Notes: generated by a model from the sequence alone, not told the origin. Positions 28,368 to 41,663 are shown, counted from the first letter of the stretch. The stretch: DNA of 64,000 nt from Octopus vulgaris (GCA_951406725.2 OX597830.1:16492001-16556000), one strand, 5' to 3'. Translations and numbers: made by a program.

Positions 28368-28668
28368 AAAAAGCACCATCCGTTCGTGGCCGTTGCCAGC
28401 CTCGCCTGGGTCCGTGCCGGTGGCATGTAAAAAGCACCATCCGTCCGTGGCCGTTTGCCAGCTCCGTCTGGCACCTGTGCGGGTGGCACGTAAAAAGCAC
28501 CCACTACACTCACGGAGTGGTTGGCGTTAGGAAGGGCATCCAGCCGTAGAAACACTGCCAGATCAGACTGGGCCTGATGCAGCCTTCTGGCTTCACAGAC
28601 CCCAGTTGAACTGTCCAACCCATGCTAGCATGGAAAGCGGACGCTAAATGATGATGATGATGATGATG
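28368..28668 (+). mobile_element. Element B (RTE-type short retroelement with (GAT)n tail and 5' tandem hairpin units); representative copy
   Basis: GGTTGGCGTTAGGAAGGGCATCCAGC core and GGACGYTAAAYGATGATG tail. Other copies at ~7030-7240, 7803-7921, 9288-9600, 17005-17356, 18648-18832, 20222-20422, 26941-27282, 29570-29883, 35030-35318, 47496-47806 and 52922-53195. Confidence 0.8.
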
Positions 28669-28987
28669 AATTTGGCTGCCGATTTTATCTTTTACTTGTT
28701 TCAGTCATTCGATTGTGGCCATGATGCTAGGGCAATTCTTTTTTTTTTTAAAGATAATAGGGTAAGATTTGAGGGAAATTTGGCCACTGATTCTAACAAC
28801 AAAAGCAACCCTCAAAAGGTTTTCTTATTGATTTGGTGGGGGCAAACAATGGAACTAAGTCAATAAATGCCTTAGAAATCTAGAATATACAGAATCAAGA
28901 TAGAAAAAGCATTAGAATAGTGAATCCAAGAGGAGGTGATTTAAGATGAGCAGATGTAAATAAATCAGTCTATATCAAGATGTGCCT

Positions 28988-29214
28988 TAATCCTTTAGCA
29001 TTTAAACAGGCCATATTGGGCCTGAATATTGCACCTGTTTTATGTTCAGACCAGACAGATCTGGCCTTTCATATGTACCCTACAATGTCATTCTAAAAAT
29101 ACACAATCACATCATAAAAATCCTAAATCTATGAGATAATGCATGGATTAATTCAAAACAATGTGAATAAATATGCATTACATTTGACAGAATAATTTGA
29201 GTGCAAAAGGGTTA
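28988..29214. mobile_element. MITE D
   Basis: TTAATCCTTTAGCA...AAAAGGGTTAA with family body. Confidence 0.75.
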
Positions 29215-30171
29215 AAGGAGATTTGGCTAATATTTCTGGTAAGTTTAACAACTACGTGGAAGGCCCCTTGTTGGCTCACTGTTAGCTGAGATATCTCTTG
29301 TGATGATGCAGACTGTTCTTATTCGACAAATTAAGATGAACTGATGACCAAGATAGAGTTTATATTTAACCATTTTATAACAGAAACTAGCATACAGACT
29401 AGCAATGAGGCAATGATTGTGAAGGTCAAAGTGCTGGACAACCAGCCACATTGTTCTTTATCACTTTTATTGCGCTGTTCTTTTGAACAAGGGCACTAAC
29501 TAAAAAAGTAAATAAATAAAAAAAAAAAGCGAGGAAAGAAAGAAATCAGACTTCACTCCTACTACAAAGGGCACATAAAAAAACACCATCCGAGCGTGGC
29601 CGTCTGCCAGCCTCGTCTGGCACCTGTGTCGGTGGCACATAAAAAAACACCATCCGAGCGTGGCCGTTCGCCAGCCTCGTCTGGCACCTGTGTCGGTGGC
29701 ACATAAAATCACCCACTACACTCTCGGAGTGGTTGGCGTTAGGAAGGGCATCCAGCTGTAGAAACACTGCCAGATCTGACTGGCCTGGTGCAGCCTTCGG
29801 GCTCCCCAGACCCCAGTTGAACCGTCCAACTCATGCTAGCATGGAAAGCGGACGTTAAACGATGATGATGATGATGATGATGAACATCATCACCATTTAA
29901 TGTCCGTTTCCATGCTGGCATGGGTTGGACAGTTTGACAGGAGCTGTATGATTTCCACTGATGAATGGCCCTTCCTAACACCAACCACTTTTCAGAGTGT
30001 GCTGGGTGTGTTTTATGCGTTGCCAACAAATGGCTGAAAGTGGGGAGGAATGACAGAGATGGCAGTCATCCATGGAAAACCTGCTTCCAATTCTGTCTGA
30101 CCCATGTAAGCATAGAAAAACAGACATTAAATGGTGTTTGTGTATGTGTTTTGTATATAAAAAAACCATAT

Positions 30172-30590
30172 AGGCGCAGGAGTGGGTGTGTGGTAAGTAG
30201 CTTGCTAACCAACCACGTGGTTCCGGGTTTAGTCCCACTGCGTGGCATCTTGGGCAAGTGTCTTCTGCTATAGCCCCGGGCCGACCAATGCCTTGTGAAT
30301 AAGGCGGCGAGCTGGCAGAAACGTTAGCACACCGGGCGAAATGCTTAGCGGTATTGCGTCTGTCGTTGCGTTCTGAGTTCAAATTCCGCCGAGGTCGACT
30401 TTGCCTTTCATCCCCTCGGGGTCGATAAATTAAGTACCAGTTACGCACTGGGGTCGATGTAATCGACTTAATCCGTTTGTCTGTCCTTGTTTGTCCCCTC
30501 TATGTTTAGCCCCTTGTGGGTAATAAAGAAACAAATGCCTAGTGAGTGGATTTGGTAGACGGAAACTGAAAGAAGCCTGTCGTATATGTG

Positions 30591-30642
<52 letters not shown>

Positions 30643-30835
30643 TCCCCCTAGCATTGCTTGACAACTGATGCTGGTGTGTTTACGTCCCCGTCACGTAGCG
30701 GTTCGGCAAAAAGAGACCGATAGAATAAGTACTGGGCTTACAAAGAATAAGTCCCGGGGTCAATTTGCTCGACTAAAGGTGGTGCTCCAGCATGCCCGCA
30801 GTCAAATGACTGAAACAAGTAAAAGAGTAAAGAGT
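30172..30835 (+). mobile_element. SINE A interrupted by SINE C (30301-30533)
   Basis: TSD AATGCCTTGTGAAT (30287-30300) / AATGCCTAGTGAGT (30534-30547). Confidence 0.87.
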
Positions 30836-31230
30836 ATTGCTCAACAAATAAACCATTCCGTTCCATCAAATTCTACATGAATTTTGTTTAGAGTAATTTT
30901 CTTTCTTGCATTTAATGTCGCCACAGATTACAGTTCAAATGTTATCTCCACTTTACTAGAATAACAACTGTGTTAATAAAAACTTTAGCTTTGTGATACT
31001 GACCTCGTTCATCTACTAAGTAAGGCCAAATTTTAAAAAGAGAACTTGATTAGGGCTTTTCAAATTTTGTCTCATTAAAATGAGTGTTGAATAACAGTTA
31101 ATTAGTCTGGGTTTTCTAACAGAAACATTAAATGAATGAGTCAGTTATATGATTGATTGATTCCAGTTCCAGCCCATGAGCTGTGGCCATGCTGGGGCAC
31201 CGCCATTTATATATATTTTAATTATATAAT

Positions 31231-31372
31231 TACGGAGATGTACTCGCATAGCAAGTGATTTGATCTGAGATCGTGTGCAGGAACGAAAACAATTGCAGCG
31301 TGGAAGGTGTTTGTAAGCTATTTAAGAAACGCACAAAAGCCGTTCGATTCACTTCAACATTTAAGTTTAATT
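31231..31372 (-). mobile_element. Family H2 copy truncated just downstream of the hammerhead
   Basis: Near-identical to 1177-1315; flanked by TTAATTATATAATTA at 31218-31232 and 31367-31381. Confidence 0.7.
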
Positions 31373-31720
31373 ATATAATTAACAATAGTAAAAACTATTG
31401 ATACCAAGTCATAAATTTTATGGGAGAAATAGAGTCAACTGAATCAACCCCCCCCCCAAAAAAACTGGTGCAAAAGATTTGGTGATCATGTCTTTGATTA
31501 CAAGTCTGTTTGATCAGAGCTGACCAAGGGCTAAACTCCAACTACTTATTTCTCAAACTCAAAGAGAAGAAAGGTAAAGTTAAATGCAAAGAAATTTGAT
31601 CTCTAATTTAATACTAAAAAAGATTAAAACCAGTACTTTACTATTTTCCCCAATTTAGCCCCAACTTCTTTAAATAATAATGATTTTTTTTTAATGATAA
31701 TCACATGGATAATCACATGT

Positions 31721-31874
31721 GGCGCAGGAGTGGCTGTGTGGTAAGTAGCTTGCTAACCAGCCACATGGTTCCAGGTTCAGATCCACTGCGTGGCATCTTG
31801 GGCAAGTGTCTTCTGCTATAGCCCCGGGCCGACCAATGCCTTGTGATGGATTTGATAGATGGAAACTGAAAGAA

Positions 31875-31932
<58 letters not shown>

Positions 31933-31933
31933 G

Positions 31934-32026
<93 letters not shown>

Positions 32027-32220
32027 GTTTGTCCCCCTAGCATTGCTTGACAACCGATGCTGGTGTGTTTATGTCCCCGTCACTTAGCGGTTCAGCAAGA
32101 AGAGACCTATAGAATAAGTACTGGGCTAACAAAGAATAAGTCCCGGGATCGATTTGCTCGACTAAAGGCGGTGCTCCATCATGGCCGCAGTCAAATGACT
32201 GAAACAAGTAAAAGAGTAAG
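31721..32220 (+). mobile_element. SINE A with expanded internal (TA)n
   Basis: Full-length match. Confidence 0.87.
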
Positions 32221-32484
32221 ATACCAAATAAAAATAATTATCAAGCTGCTGCTGTTGAGTAGCTCCCAGTCAGGCCTGATTGAACACACAGGGGATCAAA
32301 AGAATTTCAACCATGACTCATTTTCCAGGCACAGTGCATCTGATGTGTCCTTTGAAAAAAGACTGTAAGGGTGGTTTGACTGTTATTTCCAACAGGTCAA
32401 GCAGCTTTTCCAGAAACTTCTTCGTTTAACCCTTTAGCATTCAGATTATTCTGTCAAATGTGTTGTTCATTTATTCACATTACA

Positions 32485-32880
32485 CTTTTACTTGTTTCAG
32501 TCATTTGACTGCGGCCATGCTGGAGCACCGCCTTTAATCGAGCAACTCGACCCCGGGACTTATTCTTTTGTAAGCCCAGTACTTATTCTATCGGTCTCTT
32601 TTGCCGAACCGCTAAGTAACGGGGACGTAAACACACCAGCATTGGTTGTCAAGCAATGCTAGGGGGACAAACACAGACACACAAACATATACATACACAT
32701 ACATACACATATATACGACAGGCTTCTTTCAGTTTCCGTCTACCAAATCCACTCACAAGGCATTGGTCGGCCCGAGGCTATAGCAGAAGACACTTGCCCA
32801 AGATGCCACGCAGTGGGACTGAACCCGGAAACATGTGGTTGGTAAACAAGCTACTTACCACACAACCACTCCTACGCCTA
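32485..32880 (-). mobile_element. SINE A
   Basis: Full-length match; inverted relative to 31721-32220. Confidence 0.87.
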
Positions 32881-33082
32881 ACAAAGAATAACAAAGAATT
32901 TAGTAAAATAACTTAGGTATCATTAAGCTAGTGTTAGGAACATAAATTGTGACTAAGGTTTCGTGGAATATTTTAATTCAAAACTAATGAAAACAAGACA
33001 TTTGTACTACAGAGCCAGAGGCGGTTTCAGCCGGGTTGGTAATGAAAGGGTTAAAGGTAGTGGAATAGCAGTAGTACTACAA

Positions 33083-33299
33083 CAGTGGTTCTCAACCATT
33101 TTTATACCTATGGACCCCTTTGATTCTTATTTGACCCAAGTGGGCCCTCAGCCATTCAATGTTTTAAAAATCTTGTTAAACTTATACAATTAAATGTTAT
33201 TAGGAATTGTATTTAGAAATAGTTAAAATATTTTGTGTATACCTACAAAATCTAAGATCAACCCCCAAGAGTCATATGGACCCTGACTGAGAACCACTG
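33083..33299. mobile_element. hAT-like MITE
   Basis: CAGTGGTTCTCA...TGAGAACCACTG termini; related copy at 26815-27388. Confidence 0.7.
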
Positions 33300-33387
33300 T
33301 GCGTTACAGTATCAGTATAAGATCACTATTAAAAACAGTGAAGTAGCAGTAGTAATACAGGGGTCAATATAAGCTCACTATTGAAAG

Positions 33388-33771
33388 CGTGGAGGCGCAA
33401 TGGCCCAGTGGTTAGGGCAGCGGACTCGCGGTCATAGGATCGCGATTTCGATTCCCAGACCAGGCGTTGAGTGTTTATTGAGCGAAAACACCTAAAGCTC
33501 CACGAGGCTCCGGCAGGGGATGGTGGTGATCCCTGCTGTACTCTTTCACCACAACTTTCTCTCACTCTTACTTCCTGTTTCTGTTGTACCTGTATTTCAA
33601 AGGGCCGGCCTTGTCACTCTCTGTGTCACGCTGAATATCCCCGAGAACTATGTTACGGGTGCACGTGTCTGTGGAGTGCTCAGCCACTTACACATTAATT
33701 TCACGAGCAGGCTGTTCCGTTGATTCGGATCAACCGGAACCCTCGTCGTCGTAACCGACGGGGTGCTTCCA
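33388..33771 (+). mobile_element. SINE G (tRNA head) with tail type 2
   Basis: TGGCCCAGTGG A-box and GGTTTCGATTCC-like B-box; near-identical copy at 12167-12550 (-). Confidence 0.85.
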
Positions 33772-33999
33772 CTATCGAAAGCAGTGGAGCAGCAGTAATA
33801 CTGCAGTGTCAATGTGCTATTGGGGCCATAGATAATCATATTTTCGGCTCAATCAGAACTGCAGTGGATTTAGAAACCGTAGCAACATATATCTGTGCTA
33901 CAGTGATTACAGCAAAAAAGGGTTGCTGTTGATTATACAAAAGGCAAAATTAAGAAGAAGAGGTGAAAAAAATCTAACAGCAAAAAAGAAACTTGCTAA

Positions 34000-34440
34000 C
34001 AACCACATATTCTAATGGCATGCCATCTGTAATAAGAGACAAATTAATTTTCTATCCACTAATGCTCAATAACATAGATGAAAATGGTACACCGTTTGTG
34101 AACCTCAATTGCAACAGTTAAATGGGTGACGTAGATCAGATAAATCCAACGATGATCTATTTGCTCAGTTGGTAGACTGGGTAATAAGTGGTGGCAATAC
34201 TTGGTTACGACTATAGTAATTATGGGCATTGTGGATGCTATATATCACAAATCAGAAGGAGCACAAAGCGATGCAACCATCTGCAGTTCAGAGTAGATGT
34301 AACAACACAACTGAGGGCAGGCTATTCACTGAAAAAAAAATCACAGTTGGGAGGAAGGCAAAAACCTGCCAGAGAGATTATCCTACTGAATTCAGCTAGC
34401 CTCCATAATAGAGAAGAGAAAATCCAATTAAAACATTTGC
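34000..34440 (+). pseudogene. piggyBac transposase C-terminal remnant
   Basis: MGDVDQ (cf. MGGVD), KWWQYL...IVDA and HLQFRVDVTTQLRAGYS, which resembles HLKFWVDITSQLREGFS at ~50734. Frameshifted. Confidence 0.6.
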
Positions 34441-34662
34441 AGGCAGTTACTTCTGACAAGACACTCTGAAGGGCATGTTTGAGGACTCTTTACTCCAAAT
34501 CTTCACAGAAATAGTGAGGACTATGAAGATGGAAGGATGGATGTTATAATAATTCATCAAACGTGACTTCTCAATGGAGTTCGGCATTCAGCAGAATACA
34601 GTTATTTGTTTTGCCCCAATGAAGAGTTTAATGACTAACTAATAAAGGGTGTGTACACTCAC

Positions 34663-34836
34663 CTGATAGTTCCTGTGGGTGAAGGACACGGACTGTTAAA
34701 TACACCATCAGCTACATCGGGAATGTTCAGAGGTAGATTCCTCTTTTTCATAGGACTAGGAGGAGAACTTTCTTCATCATTTAATAAAGACTGGAAAACT
34801 ATTTTTATGTTGGTACTAGGAAATCTTAGGACACAG
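34663..34836 (-). CDS. FoxK: FoxK exon (174 nt): end of FHA domain and linker
   Basis: ttacag|CTGTGTC...ACTATCAG|gtgagt. Translates CVLRFPSTNIKIVFQSLLNDEESSPPSPMKKRNLPLNIPDVADGVFNSPCPSPTGTI(S). Missed by the ORF track. Confidence 0.95.
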
Positions 34837-37679
34837 CTGTAAGGGAAAAAAAAATCGGAAATTGTTAATACTTTAAAAATTTATAGTGCAGAGGGAAAAA
34901 ATTACAAATATTCCAAGAAAATCAACAAAATAATCAATACATCTTTCAATAAGTACAAGAGACAATAGTACAAGTTAACATATTTTTCAGAATAGAATAA
35001 TAATTTTTTTTAGGAAAAGGGCACCATTCAAGCATGATCATTACCAACGTCGCTTGACTGGCACCTGTGTCGGTGGCACGTGTAAAAAGATTCGAGCGAG
35101 GTCATTGCCAGTACCGCCTGACTGGCCCCCGTGCAGGTGGCACGTAAAAAGCACCCACTACACTCTCGGAGTGGTTGGTATTAGGAAGGGCATCCAGCTG
35201 TAGAAACTCTGCCAGATCAAGACTGGAGCCTGGTGCAGCCATCTGGTTGCCAGCCCTCGGTCAAAACCGTCCAACCCATGCTAGCATGGAAAGCGGACGT
35301 TAAATGATGATGATGATGTTATAATATTTGTGCTAAATGGCTTCAACCTGAAATCAAAGCTCATAACTCAATTTGCTCAATTTGCAACCTCATGATTTCA
35401 GGTTCACTCCCAATGTATGGCACCTTGGCCAGTATCTTCTACTATAGCCCTGGGCTGATCAATGCTTTGTGAGGGAATGGAAACTATGTGGATGGTCATC
35501 ATGTGTGCATGTACATGTGTGTTTGTGCATCTTTGTGTCTGTCCCCACCCCTTGACAACCAATGTTGGTTTGTGTCCTCAGTTTAGTAAAAGAGACCAAC
35601 AAAATAAATACCAAGGCTTTAAAAAAAATAAGTACAGAAGGAATTTTTTTTTCCAACTAAACCCTTTAACATAGTGCCTCAGCATGGCCACAGTCCGGTG
35701 ACTGAAACAAGTAAAAGATGAAAGATAATAACTGATAATGAGTTTTCCCAGTGAGAGAAGGCCACTAATTTGTAGCAAAAGACAAATGATTATACCAATC
35801 AAGTATTACTGGTACTTATTCTCTAAAATCCAGAGAGAAAAAGTCAAAGATCAGTTCTATTCGTAGTATTTTTAATCCAGAACATAAAACAATTAAACAA
35901 AATATTCTTAGGCATTCACAACAAATTAGCAAAAAAAAAAAATGTGAAGAAAATAATTTAATCAAGTCTATTGACAAGTTAGTTTGATGGTAATAATGAA
36001 GAGAATCAGCAAAGACAAAATGGTCTGGAATAACAAGTAATGGGAAATAGATGAACAAATACCAATAAAGCAACACAAATATTTTCTCAAAAATTACAGA
36101 ATAATAATGATTTTCAAATTACAAATACTAGAAATCAGATTACAAACATTGATAATCATCAACCATTGTTTCCAGTTCTTTCAACATAACAACACATATA
36201 GACATATTAAACCAATTTCTCTAGAAATGTATATTTTCAATCTAAAAGACCAAAAGAAACAAGAGACAACTACAATCAAACAGTGATGCGGCCACTGCAA
36301 ACATTTCACCTTTTACATCTCAACAATTATCTATTCTACCATCAATCGGCCGTACTCTCTTCATCAACATCACTATGAGGTTTGATTTACTTTTTATCTT
36401 CCCCAACAAAGCTAAAACGAACAATTTCAATACCATTTCTTCCATTTCTAATAAGCAATAATTCTAGAAAATAAAATTTTGTTTGATAACTCGTTTCTTG
36501 AAATGCGGATGGTGCTGACATTGGCCATGTGGTTAAGAAATTCGCTTCCCAACCACATGGTTTCAGATTCAACCATATCCAGCCCCAAATATTCTCCCTG
36601 TTTTATGTTCAAACCAGCCAGATCTGACCTCTCACGCCTACCCTACAATGTCATTCTGAACATAACACAGTCACATCATTGAACTCTGAAAGCCACAAGA
36701 CAATGTAGGAGTAATTCAAAATGATGTAAATATATAAACATTGCATTTGACAGAGTAATCTGAATGCTATACAGTTAGGGGTTGACTTAGTTTGACAGGA
36801 TCTAATGGGGCTGAGGCAAGCATCATGCGCTGATGTCAGCTTTAGCATGGTTTCTATGGCTGGGTACCCATCCTGTCATCCACTTTACAGTGTGCACCAG
36901 TTGCATTTTTCATGCAACTAGTACATGCAGCTTACAAGATTCTTTCAACTGAGAGGAGGCTGCAGTATAGATGGAAGAGTGGGGACAGCTTTGTGCAAGG
37001 AAATGAGGGGTTCAAGTATGTGAGAAGGGGTCACAACAGAATAGGTGTCTTCCTTTGAGGAGCTACATGGCTGCTTACATTATGGAAAAGAAAGTGGGAT
37101 TGACCAAGGATGGATTGGAAAGAAAAAGATATAAAATCAAAAGTGATGAAGTGTTGGAGTGGACCCTCAAGATACAAGGTGAGTAGAAGTGAATGGAGAC
37201 AGGAGAACAAGGAGAGTGCAAAATTGTATGGGAGAGTGAGAGATGAGATGGGTAGAGATGGAGAATAGATGAGGTGAATACAATGAATGAAGAACAAATG
37301 TTGAGGAATGATAAATAGGAACTGAAGGGAAGAATAGATGACAACTATGGAGATCAAGTGGGGTTGAGGCATAGGTAAGGGGTGGAAGGTGACCTATGAT
37401 ACATATGAGTTGGAGGAGTTTGAGGAGAGTAGGAAATTACTGACAATGCAGAAACGGTTGGAATGGAGAGATGCAGAATAGAGATAATTACATAGTAGAC
37501 AAGGGAAGGATGAGAGAGGATAAAAAAAATGACATGCAGCTGGGTAGATTGCAAGAGTGTATGGGAAGTAGAAAGGCAGGTGTAGTACATGGGGAGAGTG
37601 AGAGATACACGGTGGTGGAAGAGATATAATTTAGTGACGCAAGAGGGAGATCAATGTAAAATGTGGGAGGAGAGGCATG

Positions 37680-38315
37680 TTAACCCTTTAGTGTTTAAAC
37701 CGACCATATCTGGCCCAAATATTCTGTTTTATATTCAAACTGGCGATATCTAGCCTCTCACATCTAACCTACATTGACATCATAAAAATAAACAATCAGG
37801 CGCAGGAGTGGCTGTGTGGTAAGTAGCTTGCTAACCAACCACATGGTTCCAGGTTCAGTCCCACTGCGTGGCATCTTGGGCAAGTGTCTTCTGCTATAGC
37901 CCCGGGCCAACCAATGCCTTGTGAGTGGATTTGGTAGACGGAAACTGAAAGAAGCCTGTCGTATATATGTATATATATATATGTATGTATGTGTATGTGT
38001 TTGTGTGTCTGTGTTTGTACCCCTAGCATTGCTTGACAACCGATGCTGGTGTGTTTACGTCCCCGTAACTTAGCAGTTCGGCAAAAGAGACCGATAGAAT
38101 AAGTACTGGGCTAAAAAAAGAATAAGTCCTGGGGTCGATTTGCTCGACTAAAGGCGGTGCTCCAGCATGGCCGCAGTCAAATGACTGAAACAAGTAAAAG
38201 AGTAAAGAGTATATCATTGAAACCTCAAAGCTATGAGATAATGCATGATCAATTCAAAACAATTTGAGTGAAAAAGTATTACATTTAATGGACAAATTTG
38301 AACACCAAAGGGTTA
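37680..38315. mobile_element. MITE D interrupted by SINE A (37799-38210)
   Basis: TTAACCCTTTAGTG start; body resumes at ATCATTGAAACC; ends AAAGGGTTAA. Confidence 0.8.
37799..38210 (+). mobile_element. SINE A
   Basis: Full-length match inside MITE D. Confidence 0.87.
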
Positions 38316-38650
38316 AAAATCAAAGATGAATATCAAATGAAATGATTTCAAATACTGAGAAAAACAAGTGGAATCACGAAAAAACTGGTGAAGTATGCTG
38401 TTCTATTCCCATTTAATTACAGAAGTAGAATACCACAGTTAAGGAGATGATGATGAACGGCAGGAATGTCTTGAGAAGGAAACTGGAGGAGAGGTCCAGT
38501 TCATATAGATATATTGTTTTACAGACTGGGAGATTGTTACCTTACTTGGAAATAAATGGGGGGGGGCTGCTAGCAGGAAAGGCATCTGACTGCTGAAAAC
38601 ACCACCCTGACATACCCTTGTGTAACCCATACAAGCATACAGAAGTAGTC

Positions 38651-39370
38651 GTTTAAATGATACGGTCAACTGTAATATTTTGTTGTCAGTCAAAAGAGCA
38701 GATTTTTAACTCTTTAGTGTTCACATTATTCTGCCAAAATTAATCCTTTTTTTATCCACATCGTTTTGAGTTAATCAGGCATTATCTTGTAGCTATGAGA
38801 TTTTGATGAGGTAGCTGTTAATTTTTAAAACAATATTGTGGGGCTGGTGTGAGGGACCAGATCTGGCCAGTTTAAATGATACGGTCAACTGTAATATTTT
38901 GTTGTCAGTCAAAAGAGCAGATTTTAACCCTTTAGTGTTCACATTATTCTGCCAAAATTAATCCTTTTTTATCCACATTGTTTTGAACTAATCAGGCATT
39001 ATCTTGTAGCTATGAGATTTTGATGAGGTAGCTGTTAATTTTTGAAACGATATTGTGGGGCTGGTGCGAGAGACCAGATCTGGCCAGTTTAAATGATACG
39101 GTCAACTGTAATATTTTGTTGTCAGTCAAAAGAGCAGATTTTTAACCCTTTAGTGTTCACATTATTCTGCCAAAATTAATCCTTTTTTATCCACATCGTT
39201 TTGAACTAATCATGCATTATCTTGCAGCTATGAGATTTTGATGAGGTAGCTGTTAATTTTTAAAACGATATTGTGGGGCTGGTGCGAGAGACCAGATCTG
39301 GCCAGTTTGAATATAAAACAAGCAGAATACTTTTGGCCGGATATGGCCGGTTTAAATGCTAAAGGGTTAA
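38651..39370. repeat. Tandem triplication (~218-bp unit) of flank plus MITE D
   Basis: GTTTAAATGATACGGTCAAC recurs at 38651, 38870 and 39087; single right terminus at ~39366. Confidence 0.9.
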
Positions 39371-39585
39371 AGGCACCAATAATATTCATAATTAAAATGC
39401 TTAATGCTGAATACTCAACAGTAGGTTAGTTCATATTTAGAATGTGGAAAAAATAACAGTTCAAATAGAAACCAAAGCATTGTGCTTTGTGCTGTTTGCA
39501 TGGATGAAAGTTAAATTGAACAAGTAAAAATATAAACACCCATCTTAATTCTCATCTTAGTATTTTGTACTCAAATGGTATACAT

Positions 39586-39995
39586 AGGCGCAGGAGTGGC
39601 TGTGTGGTAAGTAGCTTGCTAACCAACCACATGGTTCCGGGTTCAGTCCCACTGCGTGGCATCTTGGGCGAGTGTCTTCTACTATAGCCCCGGCCCGACC
39701 AAAGCCTTGTGAGTGGATTTGGTAGACGGAAACTGAAAGAAGCCTGTTGTATATATGTATATATGTGTGTGTTTGTGTGTCTGTGTTTGTCCCCCTAGCA
39801 TTGCTTGAAAACCGATGCTGGTGTGTTTACGTCCCCGTCACTTAGCGGTTCGGCAAAAGAGACCGATAGAATAAGTACTGGGCTTACAAAGAATAAGTCC
39901 CGGGGTCGATTTGCTCAACTAAAGGCTGTGCTCCAGCATGGCCGCAGTCAAATGCATGAAACAAGTAAAAGTGTAAAAGTGTAAAGTGTAAGTGT
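39586..39995 (+). mobile_element. SINE A (tRNA head, CORE-like CTTGGGCAAGT block, internal TA/TG microsatellite); representative copy
   Basis: A-box TGGCTGTGTGG, B-box GGTTCAGTCCC, A-rich tandem tail; more than 14 copies in the window. Confidence 0.88.
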
Positions 39996-40267
39996 ATAAA
40001 TGTTTGTTGGTTGATTTCTGCTATCATGCTTTACATCATATAAATAAAGGGAAAGAAAGATACAGAGAAAGAGAGCATAAGGGATACAGATGAATACACA
40101 TATTAGGCTTAGTGGCAAGCAATGAGTAACACCACACACACACACACACACACACAGAATCTAGACAGATGAGGAAGAGGGGAAATAAATGATAGAGTAG
40201 TTATGGGGGAAGTTATACAAAGGAGAAGCTCGTTTTATTTAATCATTTTGTATAAGTACCAAGAAAT

Positions 40268-40418
40268 TTGGCTGTGTGATAAGAATCTTTCTTCCCAACC
40301 ACATGGTTCCAGGTTCAGTCCCACTGTGGAGCACCTTGGGCGTCTTATACTATAGCCTTAGGGCGACCAAAGCCTTGTGAGTGGATTTGGTAGATGCAAA
40401 ACTGAAAGAGGCCTGTTT

Positions 40419-40455
<37 letters not shown>

Positions 40456-40682
40456 TCTATGTGTGTGTGTCTTTGTGTCTATGTTTGCCTCTCCCCATCA
40501 CTACCTGACAACTGGTGTTGGTGTGTTTACATCCCTGGAACTTAGCAGTTCAGCAAAAGGAACTGATAGAATAAGTACTAGGCTTTAAAAAAATAAGTCC
40601 TGAAGTCAATTTGTTTGACTAAAACCCTTCAAGATGCTGCTCCAGCATGGCTGTGGTCAAGTGACTGAAACAAATAAAAGAA
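40268..40682 (+). mobile_element. SINE A, older subfamily
   Basis: Diverged match; a similar copy lies at ~35400-35725. Confidence 0.75.
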
Positions 40683-41274
40683 TATCTGCCAATTCCCTCG
40701 TATAATGCAGAGTGACAAAAATATATTCTAGTGTTGCCTAGAACAACTCCAATACCAATTATTTGTTTTGGAGCTCTTTATGCAATTAGTTCTGAATCTT
40801 ACTAGCTGAGCTTTTACTCGCTCTGAAATGTAATAACCGTCACGAACCAAAACTTGCCACCGCATAAACTGTTCAATATTCAAACATGAAACACATTTAA
40901 CAATGCAAGGATGGTGCTCTTTAGATATTGTCATATTGAATAGCTTTGCAAATAATATAGCTCTTCTTTGCAACATATAACTTTATATTCATTTTCTCAA
41001 TTGCAAAACAAAAAACTGACTCCATTATGACTCAAATTCAATGCCACAAGATATCACAAGTCCTGAATTTATCCAGTCGCAAATATGAATCAGAGCATTT
41101 CTCGCCACTATATTGCTTTTCCTACTTCCAATGGTTGATCTAATTGAGAATGAAGAAACATATCAGTGGGCAATTCACAATTAGACAGGAAATGAAATAT
41201 AAGCAAAACTGTAAATAAAATTAAGGCATGGCAGCTGATACGTGTGTCCCATGGACTGTCTAATTTATAATCTA

Positions 41275-41663
41275 CTAGCAGTATCGCCCGGCGTTGCTCG
41301 GGTTTGTAAGGGAAATAACTATATAAGCATTTTTAGAGATGTAAAGTATAATAGCCATCTCAATATGGCTAACCACAAAGGGGGGTGGTGTTACTGTAGT
41401 TTTTTACGTTCTGAGATTTAATAATAAATTTTTAGAGAGTTACTTCCCTTATATATGCCAAAAATGCATTAAAAATGGAAAAAATTCATGGTAAAATTTT
41501 TTTTTAAATCGTAGACTCATCATAGACGCGCGCTAATACCCAGAAGGGCTCGATATGAATCACGACTATAAGATAGTTAAACTGCACCGCAAAATGTGGG
41601 AGTAGTTAGGAATCTAAATCGTAGGAGACAGACAGCACACAACCTCTCTTTTATATATAAAGA
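41275..41663 (-). mobile_element. Second Helitron-like family
   Basis: 5'-TCTTTATATATAAAAG...CCCGAGCAACGCCGGG...CTAG-3' on the minus strand, with A/T flanks. Confidence 0.7.

Noticed and set aside
28368-28500. CRISPR-like repeat/spacer look of the GGTGGCACGTAAAAAGCACC units
   Set aside because: The intervening sequences are homologous to each other, there are at most three units, they are dispersed within a retroelement, there are no cas genes, and the context is a eukaryotic intron.
33388-33470. Possible tRNA genes at SINE heads (families A, C, G, H1)
   Set aside because: A and B boxes are present, but there is no intact cloverleaf or acceptor stem and each runs into a repeat body.
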